Of a stretch of DNA of 64,000 nt, positions 57,101 to 64,000 are shown in pieces. Location: assembly GCF_902459465.1 (NCBI RefSeq), contig NC_047064.1, forward strand, positions 310,001-374,000. The letters are read 5' to 3'. Position 1 is the first letter of the stretch; each line of letters opens with the position of its first letter. The position numbers were made by a program, and so were the translations under genes. A model generated the notes under the pieces. The model was not told the origin of the DNA. It did no database searches and was given only the letters and a program-made list of their open reading frames with translations. This DNA comes from Asterias rubens (Eukaryota).

Positions 57101-60100
57101 GTTGACCCCCTCCAGCACCTTGCCCCCTCCTCCATCTCTCCCTGATAATGGCTCCAACAGGTAGCCCTTAATGAGGTTGACCTCCTCCAGCACCTCTCCC
57201 CCTCCTCCATCTCTCCCTGATACAGCTCAAACAGGTAGCCCTTAATGAGGTTGACCCCTCCAGCACCTTGCCCCCTCCTCCATCTCTCCCTGATAATGGC
57301 TCCAACAGGTAGCCCTTTACAAGGTTGACCCCATCCAGCACCTCTCCCCCTCCTCCATCTCTCCCTGATACAGCTCAAACAGGTAGCCCTTTATGAGGTT
57401 GACCCCTCCAGCACCTTGCCCCCTCCTCCATCTCTCCCTGATAATGGCTCCAACAGGTAGCCCTTTACAAGGTTGACCCCATCCAGCACCTCTCCCCCTC
57501 CTCCATCTCTCCCTGATACAGCTCAAACAGGTAGCCCTTAATGAGGTTGACCCCTCCAGCACCTTGCCCCCTCCTCCATCTCTCACTGATGATGGCTGAA
57601 ATAGCCCTTTGTGGGTCACCCCCTTTATGAGGTTGACCCCTCTCCAGCACCTTGCCCCCTTCTCCATCTCTCCTTGATAATGGTTCATGATGTGACAGGT
57701 TGAACCCCACTCCAACACCTTGCCTTGCCCCTCCACCCTAATGGCTGCTTATTACAAATAGCTTATAAGTTTTAATGTGATAGTTTATTGTTGGTTGTTT
57801 TCTTTTGCAAATTTCAGTATCTGTTTATGTTTTCTGAGTTCATTTGAATCCGTAGAGAAGGATGAAACATTTTCCTCTGTACAAAGTTTGCAAAGATTTT
57901 TGCAAGGGCCACTCCTAAGTTGGTCTACTCAGTACATTGTTTTAATTTCATAGTCGCAATCCACCCTTGTTTATTAAGCACACAGAACTTTGTTTTTTAA
58001 GATACTGGAAGTTGTAAACCTTGAGTGTTGGCTTAGCTTTGTTTGACCATGGAGGAAGGAAGAGAAGGAGTTTGAGCTCCTTCTCTTCCTTCCTCCATGG
58101 TTTGACCTTGCTGTTTAATCAATTGTCTGCTGTGTTAAATCCTCTTAATGGAGTCAATTCGAGTAGTTTACTTGCCATAAATAAAGAGACTTACAAACTA
58201 ACAAACATTGGGAAGATGAAGCAGAATTGCTATAATTTATTTTGGAATATAGGGTCATACATTGGAAAATAAGTAGGGTGAACTTTTTCCCAAAACCGGT
58301 ACTTGTCGTGAAGATGAAGATGGAAGTAAGCATCCTGTGAAATTATTTCATCTGAATCGCACTTTTGATTAGAAATCACGAAAAGTGTGTCAACAAATTT
58401 GAGTCTCCAAAGGTTTTCAATGAGCAATGTTTAGAAAATTCCAACTCTCTTGATGTTACAGTTTTTTGTAGTATTCTTTCAACTGAAATTTTCACAGGTG
58501 GCTTTTATTGTATCTTTGTTGTTTTCGATTTGAAATCAGCATTACATTAGAAACAAAAAACAAAGAGGACCCTACCTTTAAATTAAAATACAATCATTAC
58601 TGGGTGACCCCTACTTAACCCTAGCCAAACCCATACTTAACCCTACCCAAACTTAACCACTATGGTATAGAACCCTGATTTAATGTGGTTTGACGATCCT
58701 TTTTGTAAGGGAAGTTTTTTGTCTGCTTTTACTTATATGCTCTGGTTGTGTGAATTCTTTTTTGGACAGGCCATCATCAAAAGTTTAATATTTGTGTTAA
58801 ACATTCTGAAAGATATATAAACAAATTAAGAAAAGTACCTACACCAGGCATTTGGATAAATAACATTTAATCATATTTAAAAAACTAAAAATACCATTTC
58901 CAGAAACAGGTTTTTGATAACTGTTTATGGGAGGCACTTCTGCTTAAAAGTATCATCAAAATATGTCAAAATTTGTGTGGGTTAATTTGTTGTGGTATCA
59001 GAGTTTTTGGTGGGTTGATACGGACTAATGATGGATAAACTTATCACTGTGTGTGACTAAAGTTCACAACTCGATTACTTTCATGTATTTCATGTTTGAT
59101 TGAAAATTCACGTTCCAAACAGCTTGTAATTGCTGTGTAATCACTGTGTATGACAAGAGTTCTGTGCTCAAAACACTTGACTTAGTTATCACTGTGTGTG
59201 ACACTTCCCAGCTAAAGTTAGCACAATACGTGTTGTATGACAAGTTATTCATTTAAAAGGGAGAATATAGGTTTTCTCGGACAAATTCGGCAAATGAGCA
59301 GTCATTTACATTTTCATGCATTCGAATTAAAACTGTTTTGCCTCTCCAGTCGTTACTGCGTTTCAAATTCAGAATTCGGCCATTCAATTTCATCTTAAGT
59401 CGAGTAAAATTCCTTTAGCATTCTGTTCAATTTAGCGTATCGTCATTCTTTTTCGTGAAAAACATGCCTCAAGAAGCGTCTGCGAATTTGAATGCCGCTT
59501 TTATTAATTGTTAAATTGAATGTTTATTTTGTTAAATCGAATGACACAACATTACGTATGACTTATCATAAAACGAAATTGAATTACTCTTTTCAGTAGC
59601 ATTCGGTTTCGCGATAAATAGAATAGCTTGATAGTTAAATTGGCTGCTCTTTTTCCGAAATTGGCCGAGAAAACCTATAGTTGTGGTTAGCTGCATAGGT
59701 TTGAGCATCCCTGTTCCTTCTTCTTTTTCTACTGAATGTTTACTGAAATGTTTTACTTGAGAACAGTTTTTTACCTAACTCCTAGGCATCCACTGAAGCT
59801 ACATAACATCTCTTAAATGATGTTTTCCAATTGACTAATTATAAGCAGAAGAAATGTGCTAGCTTTGCATTATTATGACTAGATCTTGATTCTTGATTCT
59901 TGCTATAACTGAACCAATGATATATATTGATTCTTGATTCATGCTATAACTGAACCAATGATATATCTTGATTCTTGATTCATGCTATAACTGAACCAAT
60001 GATATGAGTCTTTGCAGTGTTGAGGCAATTGAGCCACAGATTTGCAAAAGAAAAATAGCTAACTGAAAAAGTGCTCTTGCAGATTGTTTAGGTTGCAGAA

Positions 60101-63100
60101 AGTGTAATATTTTACTTCTGGCATTTTTTTAATATTTTTTTTTTATTAATTTTTTTAGGGATTTGAATGGCTTTATTACCCAAAGTTCATGATAATCTCT
60201 TCAGTTTTTTTTGCCAAGTATGGTTTAAAATGCTGCAATACTGCCTGCAAAACCTAATACTTAGAGAAGCATGCTCCTTATATAGCATGAATGGATAATG
60301 TGTAATATTGATGTGACTTAACAGTTATAAAGAAAGGAATAGTATTGTAATTAATAGTTATTAATAAATCAGCATTATTTACACTAATTAACTAAGTAAA
60401 AATAACTAATGTTAATTAAATTAATGTCCTATTCTTGAATAGCATACTGTTCCTCTCCTCTGTATTAAGGAAACCAATTCAATCAAATGAACACTCACTA
60501 TGGTTACTACACATGCATAAAACACTTGAATGATTAAAGAGTTGGGAGAGATTCATCAATTAGGACACAATAAGTATATCCAGCAGTTTGATTGTTTCCT
60601 TAATTGGATGAAAGTATAAAGCAGGGCCCAATGGTAGAGAGCTGCATAAGCAAACAAAGTGCTTAAAAATCTTCTATGAACCCCAAATAAGCATTGTTAA
60701 ACCTATTCTAAGCCTAATGTTGTTGTGCTAATAGACCTGTTGTGCTTAATAAGCTTTAGGAAGTTGGAGCCAGGTTTTAATCTGGCTGGTAACAAAAGTC
60801 CAAAATATGCAAGAAAAACTGAGTACCTCCTAAAATGTTCTTCTAACTGGTCTTCCTGGAATTACTTCCACAGAAGTGATTGAACCTCCAGTTAACTTGC
60901 AAACTACAATCGTGGATACATCAACAATTCGTCTTTCATGGACTGATTCCAGCTTAGGACATTCACAGGTTGTGAATGATAACCGCTTCTACAATATCCA
61001 ATATGGAGTTGCTGGAGAGGAGAGGTGAGAAACGATTAAAGAGTATTAAATCTTGTTGGAGCTGTTCAATTGTTTTAATCCTATTTAGATTTTTTAAGGT
61101 ATTCCCGGAAATCCGGAGCGGTTATCCTTTGCAGGAAGACCAATCCGTAATTGGAATACACAATCTCAGAAACATATATGACAATAACGTTTCTCAAATT
61201 CAAATATTTGGGATAAAAGCGGACTTATTTTGCCTTATTTTGACTTCTTTCTTAATTATGCTTTATCTTAAGAAGCTGTTGTACTTCTAACCAAGTCAGT
61301 TTTTATTGCCATTCATTTTAAGAGTGATTACCAAACGAATACAGACTCTTTAAAGGTTCCCTAATAGGATTAAAACTGTCTCTAGCTACCTAACTAATCT
61401 CAGTAGTCTAGTTTGTAAGACCTCTGCTCTGGAAGACTCTTTAAAGGTTCCCTAATAGGATTAAAACTCTAATCTCAGTAGTCTAGTTTGTAAGACCTCT
61501 GCTCTGGAAGACTCTTTAAAGGTTCCCTAATAGGTTTAAAACTGCATCTAGCTACCTTACTAATCTCAGTAGTCTAGTTTGTAAGACCTCTGCTCTGGAA
61601 GACTCTTTAAAGGTTCCCTAATAGGATTAAAACTGTCTCTAGCTACCTAACTAATCTCAGTAGTCTAGTTTGTAAGACCTCTGCTCTGGAAGACTCTTTA
61701 AAGGTTCCCTAATAGGATTAAAACTCTAATCTCAGTAGTCTAGTTTGTAAGACCTCTGCTCTGGAAGACTCTTTAAAGGTTCCCTAATAGGTTTAAAACT
61801 GCATCTAGCTACCTTACTAATCTCAGTAGTCTAGTTTGTAAGACCTCTGCTCTGGAAGACTCTTTAAAGGTTCCCTAATAGGATTAAAACTGTCTCTAGC
61901 TACCTAACTAATCTCAGTAGTCTAGTTTGTAAGACCTCTGCTCTGGAAGACTCTTTAAAGGTTCCCTAATAGGATTAAAACTCTAATCTCAGTAGTCTAG
62001 TTTGTAAGACGTCTGCTCTGGAAGACTCTTTAAGGGTTGCCTAATAGGTTTAAAACTGCATCTAGCTACCTAACTAATCTCAGTATTTTAGTTTGTAAGA
62101 CGTCTGCTCTGGAAGACTCTTTAAAGGTTCCCTAATAGGTTTAAAACTGCATCTAGCTACCTAACTAATCTCAGTAGTCTAGTTTGTAAGACCTCTGCTC
62201 TGGAAGACTCTTTAAAGGTTCCCTAATAGGTTTAAAACTGCATCTAGCTACCTAACTAATCTCAGTAGTCTAGTTTGTAAGACGTCTGCTCTGGAAGACT
62301 CTTTAAAGGTTCCCTAATAGGATTAAAACTGCATCTAGCTACCTAACTAATCTCAGTAGTCTAGTTTGTAAGACATCTGCTCTGGAAGACTCTTTAAAGG
62401 TTCCCTAATAGGATTAAAACTGTCTCTAGCTACCTAACTAATCTCAGTAGTCTAGTTTGTAAGACGTCTGCTCTGGAAGACTCTTTAAAGGTTCCCTAAT
62501 AGAATTAAAACTGCATCTAGCTACCTAACTAATCTCAGTAGTCTAGTTTGTAAGACGTCTGCTCTGGAAGACTCTTTAAAGGTTCCCTAATAGGATTAAA
62601 ACTGCATCTAGCTACCTAACTAATCTCAGTAGTCTAGTTTGTAAGACGTCTGCTCTGGAAGACTCTTTAAAGGTTCCCTAATAGGTTTAAAACTGCATCT
62701 AGCTACCTAACTAATCTCAGTAGTCTAGTTTGTAAGACGTCTGCTCTGGAAGACTCTTTAAAGGTTCCCTAATAGGTTTAAAACTGCATCTAGCTACCTA
62801 ACTTATCTCAGTAGTCTAGTTTGTAAGACCTCTGCTCTGGAAGACTCTTTAAAGGTTCCCTAATAGGTTTAAAACTGTCTCTAGCTACCTAACTAATCTC
62901 AGTAGTCTAGTTTGTAAGACCTCTGCTCTGGAAGACTCTTTAAAGGTTCCCTAATAGGATTAAAACTCTAATCTCAGTAGTCTAGTTTGTAAGACCTCTG
63001 CTCTGGAATTGCAGCTGGAAGTCTACATAAATAACCTTTCTGAATCATTAACGGTTGACAGTGAATTTATACTTTATTTGTTTTGTTTGACTTCAGGAAG

Positions 63101-63318
63101 CTTAACAAACGCACTCGAGAAACAAGTTACGAGATTGACTTATTTTCTACTTTATTTATTTGACTTCAGGAAGCTTAACGAACGTACTCGAGACACAAGT
63201 TATGAGATTGATGATCTTCTACCTGGTGTTTCATATCAGTTTACAGTTCAGCTCATATTGGATCCGCAACGTAGGAGTGCTCTTAGTGAACCAGTTGTTG
63301 ATGCAACCAGGGATCCAG
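42047..63318 (+). CDS. Gene 2: signal peptide plus at least 8 FN3 domains, Ig-less Neogenin/DCC-derived paralog (3'-partial)
   Basis: 13 in-phase exons: signal peptide, FN3-like, six FN4-type domains, FN5-like. One FN4-type copy matches gene 1 FN4 at 43/90 residues without gaps (manual count). Intron positions match gene 1 FN3 and FN5. Confidence 0.85.
42422..42809 (+). mobile_element. TTAA-type MITE family D
   Basis: ttaa|aggaacattacagaattg..caattctgtattgtgcct|ctaa. Confidence 0.75.
43348..43386 (+). CDS. Gene 2 exon 2 (39 nt; completes the signal cleavage site)
   Basis: gtacag|..|gtaagt; phase 1-1; (P)STALALYAENSD(C) with an A-L-A signal peptidase motif. Confidence 0.65.
43648..44016 (+). 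mobile_element. TTAA-MITE family A copy with the right TIR cut off
   Basis: Collinear with 27949-28334; ends at ..taaccaatag where family B begins. Confidence 0.85.
44019..44379 (+). mobile_element. TTAA-MITE family B, full length
   Basis: aaagccattatacactt..aagtgtataatggctttaa. Confidence 0.8.
46088..46445 (-). mobile_element. TTAA-MITE family A copy (reverse orientation)
   Basis: Reverse complement of 27949-28334; one TIR intact (..gtgtccactgcctttaa). Confidence 0.85.
46565..46750 (+). CDS. Gene 2 exon: FN a N-part (Neogenin FN3-like)
   Basis: aaacag|..|gtaaag; PTAPDFTSYFTSPTNLRVEWTPGTDDRGGTVNGYRLHYRLGSKGKMVKLKIPDSPLIYDIT. Confidence 0.85.
47448..47537 (+). CDS. Gene 2 exon: FN a C-part
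   Basis: ttctag|..|gtaagt; LQNCGDYFVRMATTTTSGLSRYSSFASAE. Confidence 0.82.
47833..48105 (+). CDS. Gene 2 exon: FN b
   Basis: atccag|..|gtaaga; VASAPKNLNVVAQSGTSAMVNWTPPSKSACIGGYQLQYGPNE..GDLQSGTSYLLTLAATSTGEVG. Confidence 0.9.
48813..49112 (+). CDS. Gene 2 exon: FN c (FN4-like)
   Basis: aatcag|..|gtaagt; KVPPIPRRIRSSQSDTEIVVTWEPP..IEGYTLTYGEG..TEFTITDLIPDTSYVLSLKAFNQAGEG. Confidence 0.92.
49546..49833 (+). CDS. Gene 2 exon: FN d (FN4-like, close duplicate of FN c)
   Basis: tttcag|..|gtaagt; VVPPIPLGIQSSQSDTEIVVTWQAP..IEGYILSYGVG..YVLSLKAFNQVGEG. Confidence 0.92.
50366..51272. repeat. 175-bp tandem repeat, about 5 copies
   Basis: atcatcaagtacccagc recurs at 50451, 50626, 50801, 50976 and 51152. 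Confidence 0.93.
52704..53000 (+). CDS. Gene 2 exon: FN e
   Basis: gtctag|..|gtaaga; GPPIAPTNIRANPTSPQTAIISWSPTSSGLTRYTYLYGPVG..EGLDPGVEYVIKVSSVNNVGES. Confidence 0.9.
53434..53751 (+). CDS. Gene 2 exon: FN f
   Basis: gatcag|..|gtaagt; PAAPGQVSVQSTSPRSAVITWTRPAGSIHIAGYIVGFGLTG..EGLKVGTKYRATVQAYNNDGDG. Confidence 0.9.
54341..54619 (+). CDS. Gene 2 exon: FN g
   Basis: cccaag|..|gtgagt; LPTQPRGVLAYSSSPSSIDISWMLSEITEPISGFQVSYGTNP..QDLKPDSLYYLKIYAINAAGRS. Confidence 0.9.
55310..55321 (+). CDS. Gene 2 candidate 12-nt microexon
   Basis: ttttgtttcttttatttccag|atttgccacctg|gtaagt; phase 1-1; (D)LPP. Confidence 0.65.
55820..56078 (+). mobile_element. 3'-truncated TTAA-MITE family A copy with an internal duplication
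   Basis: ttaaagacactggacactattggtaattgtcaaagac..; aaaacacccttgtcacatgaa..gacctcaaa is duplicated. Confidence 0.8.
56407..57717. repeat. C-rich 74/75-bp satellite with largely alternating units
   Basis: ctccaacaggtagcccttaatgaggttgaccccctccagcacc..ccccctcctccatctctccctgata(atgg|cag). Confidence 0.95.
58046..58101. other. Perfect 25-bp stem / 6-nt loop hairpin
   Basis: accatggaggaaggaagagaaggag-tttgag-ctccttctcttccttcctccatggt. Confidence 0.9.
59266..59679. mobile_element. MITE with about 44-bp imperfect TIR and TA/TATA ends (Tc1/mariner-like)
   Basis: tataggttttctcggacaaattcgg..ccgaaattggccgagaaaacctata. Confidence 0.75.
59883..60005. repeat. About 41-bp tandem repeat x3
   Basis: tcttgattcttgattcatgctataactgaaccaatgatata. 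Confidence 0.85.
60874..61024 (+). CDS. Gene 2 exon: FN h N-half (FN5-like)
   Basis: ccacag|..AG|gtgaga; VIEPPVNLQTTIVDTSTIRLSWTDSSLGHSQVVNDNRFYNIQYG resembles Neogenin FN5 (WADNSLPKHQKITDSRYY); phase 1-2. Confidence 0.88.
61344..63008. repeat. Satellite of 91-bp (x15) and 75-bp (x4) units
   Basis: gactctttaaaggttccctaatagg..ctgctctggaa; 15x91 + 4x75 = 1665 bp, which equals the span. Confidence 0.95.
63170..63318 (+). CDS. Gene 2 exon: FN h C-half
   Basis: cttcag|..|gtaatg; KLNERTRDTSYEIDDLLPGVSYQFTVQLILDPQRRSALSEPVVDATRDP; phase 2-1. Confidence 0.87.
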
Positions 63319-63657
63319 GTAATGAGTTTTGCCTTTTTTTCCCCACTTTAGTCAGAAGAAGAGACTGGGACACTTCTAAACTAAGAAGTAAGACTTCTTG
63401 TCTTGTCACTAATTCACTCAATTTGTGTTATATCAGTTGAGCCAAAGAAGGGTTATTTTTGTTTTATTATTAATTAAATAAGCAGAAGTCCACAGGATAA
63501 AATGGGAGAGTATACCTATAGTGATTTTAACCTAAAGTTTTTAAGAATATGCATTGAAATGGTGTCTCTTGGAAAAATCAGAATTGCGATTGTTCTGGAG
63601 ATTTCATAAATGTAACTCAGTCTTTAGGAGAATGCTAGACCTGCCTACTGTATACAA

Positions 63658-63819
63658 ATATTGACTGCTTCGAGTGCTATGGTTAAAACTATGACTCCCG
63701 AGGTGATCCCCGGGAGCGTTCTATTTTCCCGAGGCGAAGCCGAGGGAAAATAGAACGCTATGGGGATCACCGAGGGAGTCATAGTTTTTAACCATTGCAC
63801 GAGTAAAAGCAGTCAATAT
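63658..63819. mobile_element. Palindromic foldback element (about 160 bp)
   Basis: atattgactgctt..ttttccc-gaggcgaagccg-agggaaaa..aagcagtcaatat. Confidence 0.85.
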
Positions 63820-64000
63820 GTGTTTTATAACACCCCAAACATTTCTAAATACTGTACTATTATTATTAAGTTACAGACCTGAATGCTACAATCCACGGAC
63901 GACGCGAATACAGATTGCAAACACTTTTACTGTGCTGCATGTAGTGTCGTGCAATCCGAAATGGTTACAGACTATTAATTTATCATCCTCGTACACGCAA

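Overview
AT-rich eukaryotic genomic DNA from an invertebrate animal; an echinoderm or other deuterostome is my guess from protein similarity and repeat style only. Two multi-exon genes lie in tandem on the + strand, and I assembled both by hand with GT-AG boundaries and consistent intron phases. Gene 1 (2285-36106, 5' part upstream of the window) is a Neogenin/DCC/Frazzled-family netrin receptor with six FN3 domains, a TM helix and the P1, P2 and P3 cytoplasmic motifs. It has two unusual additions: a 70-residue juxtamembrane segment with 27 Cys, and 13 symmetric phase 1-1 exons (about 800 aa) inserted between P1 and P2. Gene 2 (ATG 42047, continuing past the window end) has a signal peptide joined directly to FN3 domains with no Ig domains. 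Its order is a Neogenin FN3-like domain, six single-exon FN4-type domains and an FN5-like domain, so it looks like an Ig-less Neogenin duplicate that amplified the FN4 netrin-contacting module. Introns carry many minisatellites, TTAA-flanked and other MITEs, foldbacks, SINE/LINE remnants, microexons and tandemly duplicated splice junctions. No database searches were run, and all exon models need RNA-seq confirmation.
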